Source: Azolla caroliniana (lineage: Eukaryota; Plantae; Polypodiophyta). Taken from it: 64,000 nucleotides of DNA. Positions 50,874-64,000 of this stretch are shown here, in pieces. Under the pieces are notes generated by a model that did not search any database, was not told the origin of the DNA, and saw nothing but the letters and a program-made list of their open reading frames with translations. Location: positions 15,252,001-15,316,000 of the forward strand of contig JBHGNT010000001.1 of the NCBI GenBank assembly GCA_043228905.1, read 5' to 3'. The number at the start of each line of letters is the position of its first letter. Position 1 is the stretch's first letter. The translations under genes and the position numbers were made by a program.

Positions 50874-53609
50874 AACTGTACCATAGGAATGAAACCCTGT
50901 ACTATAGACAAGAAATTTTGGTTCTCCGACAATGGAGGTTGTAATATAATCGGCATTAGCGGCCGGGAGAAGAAGCGGGCGGAGGAACGTGTCCGGGTGT
51001 GCGGAGTCCACGGCCTCGACGAAGCGATAAGCAGTGCCATGGAGGCGGTCTCTTTCGAGGACACCTTGGGAGATCTGAGGAACATGCTCGAAGAAGGCCT
51101 CAGTGAAGACCAGACGATTCCGGTTAGTTAGAAACGGATGTATGAAGTCATTGCCGACTTCGGGAAAGGGGTTGAGTCAGATCGGACGGCGCGGAAGGTG
51201 AGGCCAGTTGTGGCATCCTTGCTGGAGGGCAGTGAGCTACGGATGAAAGGGGTCAGGTCAAGCCTAAGTTTATGAGATCCGGCTGACATAGGACACCGGT
51301 TCACTGACATAACGCTACGGGAGCTCAAGGTTGGTGGGGGTGGCTTTCTATTGCCGGCGGAGGAGGAACGGTTTCGGAGAATGCTCGGGAGGCACGGGAA
51401 GGCCTTCGCATTCTCGATGGAGGAGATCGGGTGCGTAGACCCGATGGTCGTTGAATCAATAGTTATCTTCATGGTACCGCTTGTACCGTGGAATCTCAAG
51501 CCGATTCCAGTATCCAGAGCTCACATCCCGAAGTTGATGGAGCTGCTGAATTAGAAGGTGAAGATGGGAATCCTCGAGCCGTCGACCAAGGTAGAAGCCA
51601 TCTCCGCGATGAAGGAAGACTGCAACTCGATTACGGAAGTCCGGAGGTTCTTGGGAGGCTTGTTGAAGAAAGGAAGCGAATTCGAGTGGAGCGGGGAGCA
51701 TACGGAGTCAGTCCGAAAAATGAAGGAAGCGCTTGCTGTGGCACCGGCGCTCCGGAAAGTGGTTTACGGAAAGGATGTTCTGATTTTTGTAACCGTAGAC
51801 ACAAGTCCGACCGGGATAGGATCGGTGCGAAAGTACTCCGCAAGCGACAGCGAGGATACACCCAGGTTAAACGTGAACTCTGGGGTATCATTTCGGCGGT
51901 CAAGGTCAACAGAGACTACCTGATCAGGACAGAGGTGCTAATAGAGACGGACTACCTTACCCATCCTCGGTATGGTTTCCAGATGCGCGACGCCGGAGCT
52001 GGCGATGCTCAAGTGGATCGCGTACATTAAGTCCCTAAACCTTGAGATACGACACATTTTTGGGAAGGACAACGCCAAGGCTGACATGCTTTCGAGAGCA
52101 AGGTTTGATGACGAGGGCAGCATGGTTTTGGAGGACGAGGAAGTCGGCGTAGACTTCATCAAGACAGCTTACGTGACGATGAGAAAGGGGAGCACTCCGG
52201 CGCTTAACGAGTTTGACGAGGGCAAGTACGACAGGGAGTGGCTCCATATCGGCGAGTTCCTGAAGACGATAACACCAGACGCGGCGTGGACAAAGGAAGA
52301 CGCTAACCAGATCCGGAAGAAAGCGTACCTATTCTTCCTACAGGACGGAAGCATATGGAAGCACCCGAAGAAGTGAGACGGCGTCCCATTCCGAGTAGTG
52401 GCGAGGGAGGAAGAGCAAGAGGCATTGCTGACGGCGTATCACGAGAGTCCTTGGCCTGGACTGCGCGGGACATAGACCACGTTCGAGAAGCTGAAGGAGA
52501 AGTACTGGTTGCCGGGACTATACCGGGACATGCATCAGTTCGTGACGACTTGTGAAAGTTGCTAGATGCACTCCATAATCCGACATCGGGATGAGATGCA
52601 CCTGAATTACCCGCCGACTGTCCACTTCAAGGGGATGGTGGATCTGGTGTCGATGCCGATGAGGGTAGGGAAAATGCAATACTTGGTGCTAGCACGAGAG
52701 GACCGAACGAAGCAAGTGGAGGGCCGCGCATTACAGAACAAGATGACCGTGGCCATGTCTCGGTTCCTGATCGAAGAGGTGGTATGCCGGTACGGGTGTG
52801 TAGGGAAGATCATAGCTGACCGGGGAGAACTGGACGCGCGAGAGGCTGAAGAGCTGTTTGATCGGTTGGGTGTTAAACTCTCTCTCAGCACAGCGTACAA
52901 TCCGGAGGCGAACAAGAAGGTGGAGCACGGGCACGGGCCAATCGTAAAAACGATAGTACGGGCATGTGGAGGCCAAGTCAGAAATTGGCCATGACTCCTA
53001 CCTTATCCGTTGTGGGCGGACCGAACTACGCACAGTTCGGTGACCGGGTTCATGCTGGCAAAGGTAATTTACGGGCAAAAACCAATCATGCAGATGGAGC
53101 GATTGATCTACTTGTGGGCCACGGTGGGCTAGAGAAACGAGATGAGCTGTTAGCGGTACGAATTCGACAGCTCGAGCGAAGACCGGAGGACGTGGAACGA
53201 GCAATGAACAAGGGACGATTCGACCACACTCACCGGTTGCGACCAAAGAGAATCGAGGAAGGCGACTGGGTTCTAGTGTACGATAGCAGCCTTGACAACC
53301 AGCACAAGGCGATGTGGAAATTTGCGAGGTGGTTCGGTCTTTACGGGGTGACAAGTGCCAACGACAATGGCACCTACCATCTCGCGGAGCTCGACAGAAC
53401 AAGGATAGTCGTGCCAATGGCCGGGAAGAGGATCAAGGCCTTCAAGAAGCGGTATGAGGATGAACCGAACCCAGAGAGCGTGGATGACAGTGACGACCAA
53501 ATCGGGGAGGACGACGATTCGGAGAACAAAAGATGAGAGCGGGCCGATTTTTCTCTGGCTAAGGTCTCGTTGGCGCATACCGGTGGATGCACAGTTTGGT
53601 GGGGCCGGA

Positions 53610-54264
53610 TGTCGAGAAGAAAACCGTCCCGAGGCGGAATCTGGGAATAGTGTGCGTGAACCGGCCCTTACACGTGGGCACAAAGTTTGATGTATTGTAC
53701 ATAGTTAGGTACAGACCGGCCGATGCAAATATCCTAGGTCGCGCGTATTCATAAGGTAGGAGATCGAGGAGTATCTCTGTCCAAAAGGATAGCGAATAAT
53801 GGTGGTGTTACCGGTTGAAACGTCTTTCGCTCCTTGGGCTATAAAGGAGAGGGAAAGAGGGAGTGTCGGGGGGGGCGGTTAGTCGAGGACGAAGTGTTGT
53901 CGGACCGGACCATGCTCTTCTCCTTTGTCTTTCTATGTTGTTGCTCTCTACATGTTTGCGGGAGGCTGCCTCTACTTCGCGGAAAGCCCCAGTGCTTCTG
54001 GCAGAGTCTCCATCTCGCATTTTTGTGTGCATGTGAGTGTTAGAGCATTGTTGCTCACCGGCTTGCTGGCTGTAACCCTAATCATATAAATATATATTCG
54101 TTTTCTTTTCCGTTGTCGAAATAGTTGTGAGCTCTGTGTATTTGAATGTGTGTGTGGCTCGGCCATTGTTCCTGTGTCGCTCCTTCCTCTGTTCGGTTAT
54201 TCCTCGGTTCAAGGCCCCCGCGGTCCCGCCTTAATGTCTCCCTCGCAAGCGGAACAACATGAGA
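53610..54264 (+). repeat. 3' LTR of gypsy C
   Basis: TGTCGAGAAG...AACATGAGA, preceded by the G-rich tract GGTGGGGCCGGA. Confidence 0.9.
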
Positions 54265-56262
54265 ACGCGGTTCCCCATCTGGTTCGGTGCAATGCTGCTC
54301 AGCAAGCGGCAGCGAGGATACACCCAAGTTAAACGTGAACTTCGGGGTAACCTTCGTCCCAAGTAGTAATTGAGACAAACTTCCTAGCGATTAAGCAGTC
54401 CGATAAAGGCTACTTAATCAAAACTATGGTAGTAATCTCGACGGACTGCCTACTAATTCTCGGTATAGTTTCCGGTTGCACGACTCTAGACCTGGCGATG
54501 CTCAGCTGAAGCGCATACATCAAGTCCCTGAATCCGGAGATACGACACATGTACAGAAAATACAACACCATGGCCAATATGTTTTGAAAAGCACAGTTCG
54601 AGAACGAGGATGGCATGGTGTAGGAAAATGAAGAGGTTGGTGAGGACTTTTCCAAGTCGGCTTGGATGTCGACCAAAGGGCAGAGCATGTCTAACCCTAA
54701 ATGAGTTCAACGAGAATTACTATGATGGGGAGTGTAAGTTCCTAAGCACAATGGTGCCAGACACAGCATGGCCAAAGGACGAGACGAGCTGAATCCGGAA
54801 GAAGGCTTACAGATTCTTCCATTGGAACGGTAAAATCTGGAGGCACCCAAAGAAGCGCATTGGTACACCACTCAGGGTGGTAGCGAAGGAGAGCGAACAA
54901 TCGAAGCTCGTGTTAGAATTGCACGAGAGCCCTTGGTCCAGACACGAAGGCACGTGGACCACGTTTGAGAAGTTGAAGGAGAAGTATTGGGTGCCAGGAA
55001 TGTATCCGGACATGCATCACTTCATGATGACATGCGAAAATTGTCAAATGCATCCCGAAATCTAGCACCACAATGAGATGCACCCGACCTACCCGCCAAC
55101 CATCCATTTCAAAGGGATGGTCAATTTGGTGACAATGCCGATGGGGATAGGGCACATGCGATACCTCGTGCTTGCACAGGAGGACCTAACAAATCAAGTG
55201 GAGGGTTGGGCATTGACCAACAAGATGACCGCAACCGTATGCATATTCTTGATCGAAGATGTGATTTGTCGGTACGGATGCGTGGGTAAGATCATGGCCG
55301 ATCAAGGGGAGCTGGATGCGCGAGAAGCCGAGGAGTTGTTCGACTGGAAGCCAATGTGAAGATCGAGCGTGGACACGGGCTGATCATGAATGTATTAGTG
55401 CGAGTGTGTAATGGATGAATTGGGATCCGGCCGAGACTTCTACCTTACGCTTTATGGGATCACTGAACAATGCACAATTCGGTAACCGGGTACATGCAAG
55501 TGGAGCTTATGTTCGGGTAGAAGCCGATCATGCTTGTGCAGCGGGCGATTTCGTCCTAGATGACGGTCGACTGGAAGAAGTGCTTGCGGCACAGATTCAA
55601 CATCTCGAACGATGGCCGGAGGACGTGGAGCAAGCGACGACGAGGGTAGAAGAGGCGATGAAGAAGAACATGGACCGGTTCGACCATACATAGTGACTCT
55701 AGCCAGAGAAGATTGAGGAGGGCGATTAGGTGTTGTTCTATGACAACATCCTGGATGATCAGCACCGGTTGACCCGAAAGTTTGCGAGTAGGTGGTTCAG
55801 GCCGTACGTGGTGACAAGCGCCAACGATAATGCGAGGTACCATGTTGTCGAACTTGACGGTACGAGGATCACGCGGAACTTGATGGGACGAGGATTTAAT
55901 GGGTACTTTAAAGACCCACACGGACAGAGAGGATACGAGGATTTGTTGTGAAGAAATTGGGGAGAATCTTTGACACTTATCATGATGTATTGGCCTCTCC
56001 TTGTTCTATAAAAGGGGAGGTTTGGGACTGTTTTTAGACATCCATGATTTGGAGAACGAAGTGTTGTCAATTTGAGTGTCAAGCTCTCTCTCACTCTCTC
56101 CCTCCCTCCCTCTTTATCTTTCGTGCTTTGTACTGATTCGAGGAAGAAGGTGAAGCCTCTACTCGTGCAGGAAGCCCGTGAGCTCCCAATCCAAGGTTCA
56201 TCATTCTGTGTTCCCGTGTGTGTGTGTGTGTGTGCGTGTCTCGAGGACACAAAGCTCTAACA

Positions 56263-57800
56263 CCGGTTGAGTCCGGCTTTATTCTTCTCTTGTTTAATCT
56301 ATCTCTTCTTCATTATATCCAATTGCTCTCTTTGTGTTGAGTTCGCATCTCCATCTTGTGTCCGTCTGTCGCTCACGTTTGCCAAGTCCTGAACCCGCCC
56401 GTGCGCTCACTGTCCGGCATCCAGGAACCACTCTTCCATGGATACGTGACCGGAACCAATCCAACAAAGATATCCAGACGCCAATATGGAAAACCCTCCT
56501 ACACTTACCTTTTGACCCCTTGGTTTGAGACCCGCGCGATCCCGCCCCGTTTCAACATATCCTCGTGGAAAACCGGGACAACGCTCACAGATAGAATGGT
56601 AGTGCACCTCAATGTGCTTGGCCTTTGCCAACTAGATGCTGGTGAGGTTGTCGTAGTAGATCATCGTCGGATCAGACACCTGCTAGTACAGATCCTTTAG
56701 GAGCCTCTTGAGCCATGTGGCTTCGCATGTCAACCACAGCTACTCCTCGGTAGTTGGCCTCAGTAGTCAACAATGCTACTTTTGACTTAAGGTGCGTCAC
56801 GGTCGGATGCGCCATGAATTGACTAATCAGTCCCACCGTATAGCTGAGGTCTGGCCAGGTGATGGTTAGGTATATAAGGCTTCCAAATATCTATAGGAAT
56901 CATTTCGGGTCGCATGTCATTCCGTAGTCGAGGAGGAGCTTCACATTCCTATGCCTAGGAGTTGAGTTGGACTTGCATTCCGTCATACCAAATTTGAAGA
57001 GCATACTCAACACAAAGTGGCATTGACTAATCAGTATGCCTTTCGGGGTGCGGATCACTTCGATCCCAAGGAAGCAATGGAGGTCCCCAAGATCCTTCAT
57101 ATCAAACAAAATGGCGAGTTCGGACTTGACGCGCTCAATGTCGTCCAGATCGACACCGGCGATGACTAAATCATCAACATAAAGCAAAATTCTTATCGGC
57201 CTATCTGACCTCACCGAATGAACAGGGAAGAGTCCGAGTTGGACGTGGAAAATCCCACCCGACGCAGTCGCTGCGTGATTTTCACGTTCCAAGCATGCTG
57301 GGCTGGCTTGATTCCGTAAAGGGACTTCTTCAGTCGGCAAACGACTGACATGTTCATTCCAGACTAAAATCCGGGGAGTTGAACCATGTATACTTGTTCC
57401 TCAAGATCGCCTTGCAGGAAGGCATTTCTCACATCCATTTGATGTAGATGCAACCCCTTCACCGTTTCCATCGCAAGCAAGACATAAATGATCATCATAT
57501 TTGCGACCGCGGCGAACCTCTCATTGTAGTCAATGTTGTGATGTTGTGCATAGCCTTTAGCCACTAGCAACGAAGCCGTCATCATTGTGTTTGACTTTAT
57601 ACACCCATTGGCAACCGATCGGCTTCACTCCTTTCGGTATGTTCACCAAGTCCCATGTCTCATTTTCTATGAGCGCGTGCATCTCTTCCTCCATGACCTT
57701 CTGCTAGTTCGGATCCTTAGCCCGTTCTACGTAGCTCTTTGGCTCACACACGGCTGCCACCTTCACCATGTACGCATATAGAAGCGCCATTTACTCCTTA
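56263..57800 (-). mobile_element. Degenerate copia fragment (RT and partial RNase H)
   Basis: Fragments LVAKGYAQ, QMDVRNAFLQG, LLYVDDL and KAKHIEVHYH. Confidence 0.9.
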
Positions 57801-57829
57801 TATCCGTACCGAACTACGACGTATAGCGG

Positions 57830-59608
57830 ACAATCACTAACGTTGCAACATAAACTGACTAGTCAGTCTGACCAAATAGCTGAGGTCCGGCCGAGTGATG
57901 ATAAGATACTTCAGGCTTCTGAGTATCTATCGGAACCGTGTCAGGTCACACGCCATTCCCGAACCTTGGCTAAGCTTCACGTTTTTGCCTAGAGGAGTCA
58001 AGATGGATTTGCAATCCGTCAATCCGAACATGAATAGGATACTCCCCACATAATGCATTTGGCTTATCAGTATGCCTTCCGAGGTGTGGATCACATCTAT
58101 CCTGAGGATGTACTGAAGGTCCCCGACATCCTTCATTTTAAATGATTCCTCTAATTGGAACTTCACTCAGTCGATTTCCTCTTGGTCGGCGCGCAAGGAC
58201 TAGATCGTCAACATAAAGCAGAATGCTTACTTGCCCATTCCGACCCTGGCGGATAAAAACTGAAGAGTCTGAATTCGATAGAGCAAACCTCATCCGATGC
58301 AACCTCTGTGTGATCTTTGCATTCAAGCACACGGGCCTTGCTTCAGTCCGTACAAGGACTTCTGCAGTCCGTAGATGGCCGAGGTATTCAATTCAGACTA
58401 AAATCCGGGAGGCTCCACCATATACTCCTGTTCCTCAAGCTCTCCTTGCAAGAAAGCGTTATTCATGTCCATTTGGTGCAGATGTCATCCCTTCACCACC
58501 ACTACAGCTAGTGGCACCCAGACAGTTGACATCTTGGCAACCGGCGTGAATGTCTCGTCATAGTCGATGTCGTGTTGCAACACATAGCCCTTGGCTAGTC
58601 GAGCCTTTTACCAGTTGACGGAGCCGTCCTCGTTGTATTTTACCTTGTATACCCACCGGCATCCAACCGGCTTCACACACTTGGGGGCGTCAACTAGGTT
58701 CCATGTCTCATTCTCCGCCAATGTGCGCATCTCTTCCTCCATTGTGGTTCACCAATTTGTGTCTTTCAGCTCACACACTTTCGCCACCTTTGCTATATAC
58801 GCATTGTGATGCGTTGTATCTTCATTGTATACGTACTGGATTTTGGGGTACTTCTAGGAGGTGTATCAGAACCTTTGATTCACCGATTTCATGGTCCTCT
58901 TGGCCGACTACGACCTCATTTTCGGAGATCCATCTTCGCTCCAGGTTGCTTCGCATTCACTCCAGTCCGATGTGTCGGCCTCTGTGTCGTATTTAGGCAT
59001 CTTCATCTTTCGCGTAAACCGTCTCCTCGACTTCTGGCACGGGGAATGCACGACTGAGTCTTCACTACTCTTTAGCTCTTCATCCGATAAGCCGTTCTAA
59101 CTCAACCCCTCATTTAGTCCACTTAGCCAAAATGAGATCGGACTCTCCTCTAGAGTTCTGATTTCTTCATCATCCAGGGGCATCTCGGCCTCATTGATCT
59201 CACCGTCAGAATTCGGAATGTAGTTAATGGGGGTAGAAGACGAATGCAAGTACCACAAAGCTGACTCGTTGAACACGATACCTCAACTAATTCAAACTTG
59301 TTTAATTTGGGGGTTATAGCATTTATAACCCTTTTGTTCATCCGACTAGCCGACCAAAATGCACTTCTCAGCTTTCACATCTATCTTCTTCTTCTTCTCT
59401 TTCGGGACATGCACATATGCAATGTTGCTGAACACCCTCAAGTGCCCCAAATTCCGCTTTCGCCCGAAATAGAGCTCATGTGGTGACACTCCTCCATGTA
59501 AACGGCCATCCTGATTGCTTCAGCCTAGTAGAACTTTGCCGTATGCTTCTCTGCAAGCATTGCCCTTGCCACTTCCTCGATGGTCCAATTCTTCCAGTTG
59601 GCCACGGA
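57830..59608 (-). mobile_element. Degenerate copia fragment (integrase C-terminal half and RT)
   Basis: Fragments ILLYVDDLV and MKDVGDLQY. Colinear with 26700-27850 and 15100-15750. Confidence 0.88.
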
Positions 59609-60790
59609 TGATATAGACAGATGATAGACACACGAATGAAGATTTAATGGAAGTTATCGTTATTTCAATTTCCTCTCTCTCAGAGACTCGATGTACAAGA
59701 TGATCAAGTTTTCTCCTTTACAATGTTAAGTTATCACTTATATACTAAGCCGTAACACTTTAGACGAGTTCACACGAGGATACAAAGTGGAAGGAGTTGG
59801 CCTTTTCTGTCAACAAACTCCCTCGTAAACGGGCTACTCTTTCCTACATGTATATGTTTACAACACTAATCTAAATTTATGTTACAAGTAGGTTGACATA
59901 TAGGCGAGTCGGCAGAGGTGAGGTTTGTGTCGAGCCTAGCATGGCTCATTATCATGATTGATTCGGTTGACTCTTACCTTCTGTTCCTTGTTCGGCTTTC
60001 TTCTGCTTGTCACAGTCCCATCTTTGTCCTTAGTGCTTCGAAGTGTTGATCTGGGAGTGGCTTTGTTAGGCAATTCGCGATGTTCACCTTGATGTCAATC
60101 TTCCGGACTTCGAGTGTCTTCTCGGTTATGAGCTCTCGGATTTGATGGTATCGCACCTCAATATGTTTTGTCTTTGCGTGATAGACAAGATTGTTGATGA
60201 GTTGTATTGCACTCTGTGAGCCACAATAGATGATAGGCGTTGGTCGGTCGATTCGGCCTATAACTGAAAAATCGGCAAATAGTCGGTGCAGCCAGATCGC
60301 TTACTTCGTTGTCTCTAATGCTACTATGTATTCGGCCACCGTGGTTGACAGGGCCGTACAGTCTTGAAGTTTCTACCTCCATGATATAGCACCACCACCA
60401 TAGTTGAAGGTATAGCCATATTTTGACTTCCGATTGTTCGTATTTCCGGCATAGTCAGAGTCAGTGTAGCCTTTCGACTTCGGCTGAGGTTGTCAAACCG
60501 AAAGTCAGCTGTGTATCTTTGGTCCCTCTGAGGTACCTGAAGATATGCTTGACGACCTCCCAATGCTTCCATCCTAGGTTTGATATGTACCGGCTAACCA
60601 CTCCTACGACATAGGCTAGGCCGGGTCGGGTCGCCACCATTGCCTACATTATACTTGCTACGGTGGATGCGTAGGGCATCTTTCCATTAAGCCCTCTCTC
60701 CTTGTCCATTGAAGGAGAGTCTTTGTCCGATAGTCGGATCGATGTTGGAAGCGGTGTTGGTCTTGGCTTCGCATTCTCCATGTTGAAGCG
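59609..60790 (-). mobile_element. Fragment of a different, Tnt1-type copia (RT end, RNase H, possible LTR at ~59609-59865)
   Basis: Minus-strand MPYASTV..., HWEVVKHIFRYLRGT, TALSTTVAEY and HAKTKHIEVRYHQIRE. LTR limits are uncertain. Confidence 0.8.
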
Positions 60791-60799
60791 CCTTACGCC

Positions 60800-62570
60800 G
60801 CTCGTCTCATTTGACCAAATCCAATCGTCGTTTTTACACTTCTTTCACCGAAGCATTCCACAACACGAGGTTATCGGACAGTTCTATACAATAAAACAAC
60901 TATCGCAAGAGTCTATGGCTAATTTCAGCTTGGGGTTTCAGAGCTTACGGCGCCAGCTAATAAGAGCTCCGATGTAGGACGAAGCTAAAGAAACATTTTT
61001 GGCGGCATTGCATGGACCCTTCCAGACAACGTTAAATATGCACAATTTTACAGGCCAAACGGTGGACACAGTTATAGAATGGGCCCTACAACTCAAAGTA
61101 GAAGATGAGGACGATGGGATGTCTATGACATCATTGCGTCAAGCGTAACCCAGAGACAAGGATTACCGCTTCCGGCAAGCCATTCAGTGCATGATCTGCT
61201 TGAACTCAGGGCATTCCGCAGTGGATTGCAACATGCGAATCCACTGCCCTATTTGTCATTCACGGACTCACACGGTGGATCAATGAGAATATAACATGTT
61301 AAATCAGCCCACACCGTCAGTCCGCCGTATGGAGCTTCAGCAGACTAATCCCCACAACGACCAAGGTCGATAGGAGGAGCGTTACCAGAATACACATCGT
61401 AATCATCGTCCGGGCCAGTTGAACCATCTTTGCCGCGACAATGATCTGTATTCGGATGAAGAAGAGCAAGAAGAAGAGGAATAACCGAGAAATGACCGTT
61501 ACAATCCTCGGGGAGGGCGTCGCTACGATAACTGCCATTCCACCAACAATCGTGACGGTGAGGCGGAGCCGCGCTCATACGAAGGAAATCACCAATCGTG
61601 AAATTAGCGGCTCCACGACGAAAGTTTGAAGGAAGAATGGTGTCAGGATAATCGTCGTGAGTATCGCCATAAGCCTCGTAACAACATGTGGTTTCAGCAA
61701 TCTCGGGAAGAACAGACGACACTTGTGGAGCCGGTGGCACCCCCAGTTGTCAAAAAAGGTCAGTCTAGTATCCATTGTTTTATTTTTCAGTTGCTAGGCC
61801 ATTATGTGACTCAATGCCCATGCCGCAATAAGGGAAAAGGGCCACCGGTGAACACAATCACGGCGGAAGTCCAGCAAGTTCTGGCCCGCAGCAAGGCGAA
61901 AACCATAGACTAGGCGGAGCAAGACGAAATCCGCAAAGCTGCAAAAGCTTGGGTAGAGAAAGCAAATGAAGCCAATGTGGAATGCATGTGACAAGAATCC
62001 GGGCACACCGCCACCGGCACGCGTAAAGGAGGAAATCGATGAGCTTTTCAGAATTCGGTTTATTCGGCCAGTGAAGCAAGCAACATGGCTTAGCCCCATT
62101 GTAGTCGTACCAAAGGAAAATGGCAAAATCCGAGTTTGCATCGACTACTGCAAGTTAAACGTCATTACGATCACAAACGCATTTCCTTTGCCATTTACGG
62201 TTAGGGTACTCGACGCCGTCGCAGGTCATGAAATGTACAGCTTCCTAGATGGGTTTAGCGGGTACAACCAGATACGTATGCACCCGAATGATCAAGAGAA
62301 AACTGCTTTCGTAACCAACTGGGGCATGTTTGTGACCTTAGTAATGATGTTCGGATTAAAGACCACCCCGACAACATTCCAACGCATCATCACCGAGATT
62401 TTTGGTGACTTCATCTCTACGTTCATGCAGGTTTTCTTCGATGACTTTGCAATTTATGGAATGCGAGGGTATTATTTACGCCATCTATGACTACTCTTAG
62501 AACGATGTCGTGCCGCATGTCTCAACCTCAATCCGGCCAAGTGCGCATTCGGAATCAGTAGCGGAGCCCT
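60800..62570 (+). mobile_element. Ty3/gypsy fragment (gag with CCHC knuckles joined by deletion to RT)
   Basis: RT motifs WLSPIVVVPKENGKIRVCIDY, LDGFSGYNQI, MMFGLK and FFDDF. Zinc knuckles lie upstream and no protease is visible. Confidence 0.9.
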
Positions 62571-62814
62571 TCCCACGTGAGTGAACCAAACCAGCATCCC
62601 CTGGTCGACGATCTGTTCGACTAACACCGGCTTCTACAGTTACCCCTCAAACTTGTGTTCCTCTAAATTTCCTTCTCATTCTCTGTGTGTGTGTGTCTCT
62701 CTCTCATGTCAGAGGCTCAGATCAAGATTAGGGAAGTGAAGGAATCATGCGTTTCAATCAATTCTACATCACTCTATTAAGAATGGAGACAAACGTGATG
62801 AATGAAAGCATAAG

Positions 62815-63370
62815 AATGGAAACACTATTAGAGCTAACATGTACCTAAAATGGTTATAGCTAATTAGTTATTCTTTAGTATGCAAATATTAAAGGTACAT
62901 ATCATTTATTATGTGGACTGAAATATGGGAAATGCCTTTTATTATTATTTGGGTGCACACATACTAGAACATGGGGTTTTGTGCACTTATTTGCAAGCCT
63001 TTAATGTCTATATACTCATTGTCATCCTCACTTTTGCACCAAAGGTCAAATAAGTCGAGTGTTGTAAACACAAATCCCGAAGGCATCCTTAGAGCAACAA
63101 CAAAGCAAAAAAATTAGCAGATGCCCATACTACAAGAGAATATCAGTTTTGGCCACATTGCAACTGCAAATGTGAGTTTCTGAATAACATCTAATGGTTT
63201 TCCATCTACATTTAATATTATATCCAATCTAGGTGAAACCGTGTGAATGGAAACATTATTATATCTAACATGTACCTAAAATGACCACAGTTAAGTAGCT
63301 TTTTTTTTTGCTAATGTTTAGTGGAAAAATTTTAAAGATACATATAATTTATTATGGGGATGGAAATATT
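62815..63370 (+). repeat. Diverged ~115-bp direct repeat
   Basis: AATGGAAACA.TATTA...CTAACATGTACCTAAAATG...ATTTATTATG.GGA at ~62815-62930 and ~63246-63370. Confidence 0.7.
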
Positions 63371-63529
63371 ACCATTTGTGGTGCACATTTAAGTTGGTCT
63401 TTATATGAGATCACATTTTGATAATCCCTAAAATTGTCAAACAACTAAATTTTATCGAGCTTTTTGCATAGCTAATTAGATATGTCAAGGACACAGCTAA
63501 TTGTTCCCATTCTCATGCTTTCACCCATC

Positions 63530-64000
63530 TAGCTCTTTTGGCTAGCTTTAGGCACTCCTTCCATTCGTTTGACTATAATCGGTTTTCAGATTCTCGATTA
63601 GCGTTGTGATTTTAGGGAGCTCCATCCGAATCTTCCATGTTTTGGAGTTTTTCTCTATCAATTTGTCTAAAGTATACTTTCTCCTTGATCTTGCCATAGT
63701 GATAGTAGTGAGATTTGATTATCTTAAAGAATATGTGGAAAGTTTTGTTAGTTATAGAAGAGTATAGAAATGAAATTTAGATCGTGCAACTCTGCTTCAA
63801 TACCATGTAAGAAAAGCTAGAACACGATGGAAGGGATTGATAAAGAGAGAGCAAGAGATTTAATAACAATGTTGAACAGATTATAATTAATATTAGGAAG
63901 GTTGTCTTACAATATAAGAACCTAATGTAACAGCTAAAACGTAACACAACACAATAGCCGTTACATCTTTGTAACTTTTAATTTTATCTTTTCTTAATGT
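63530..64000 (-). mobile_element. Probable 5' end of a copia element (LTR from 63806 running off the window, decayed PBS, gag start)
   Basis: Minus-strand ...CTTACA|TGGTATTGAAGC, then ATG at 63697 giving MARSRRKYTLDKL..N and (frameshifted) QTWKIRME. Confidence 0.6.

Larger units (their letters stand above)
48139..54264 (+). mobile_element. Ty3/gypsy element C with both LTRs and most of RT deleted
   Basis: LTRs at 48139-48795 and 53610-54264 and a PBS at 48801. Encodes gag, DHGSEIN protease, RH and INT fragments. Apparent TSD ACAC/ACGC. Confidence 0.93.
47823..56262 (+). mobile_element. Degenerate gypsy copy B (RT end, RH, INT, LTR-like tail), interrupted by element C
   Basis: 47950-48138 plus 54265-56063 is colinear with 36541-38625. 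The tail ends ...CTCTAACA at 56262. Confidence 0.88.

Noticed and set aside
62570-63530. Possible host gene or promoter in the AT-rich end region
   Set aside because: No ORF, splice structure or RNA-gene fold can be supported.

Overview
This is a gene-free, transposon-saturated plant region. The element types suggest a seed-free plant such as a fern or bryophyte, but that is inference. It is a nested stack of mostly decayed Ty1/copia and Ty3/gypsy LTR retrotransposons, two LINEs and two solo LTRs. One copia element (21174-26579, minus strand) is intact and young, with 645-bp LTRs and target-site duplication (TSD) GTACA. It sits in the 3' LTR of a second copia (15776-26669, TSD AGGTG), which splits the RT of a third. 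Three signals stand out. (i) Two diverged gypsy copies share a G_GAU_UUU slippery site, an immediate stop and an H-type pseudoknot at the protease/RT junction, a candidate programmed -1 pro-pol frameshift. (ii) A two-ORF APE-RT LINE (RTE-X-like) is bracketed by ~330-bp direct repeats resembling pseudo-LTRs or a tandem-array remnant. (iii) One copia family has a pol frame running ~180 aa past RNase H between two PPT-like tracts. No host protein gene, RNA gene or CRISPR array was found. Coordinates were read by eye and boundaries of decayed elements are approximate.
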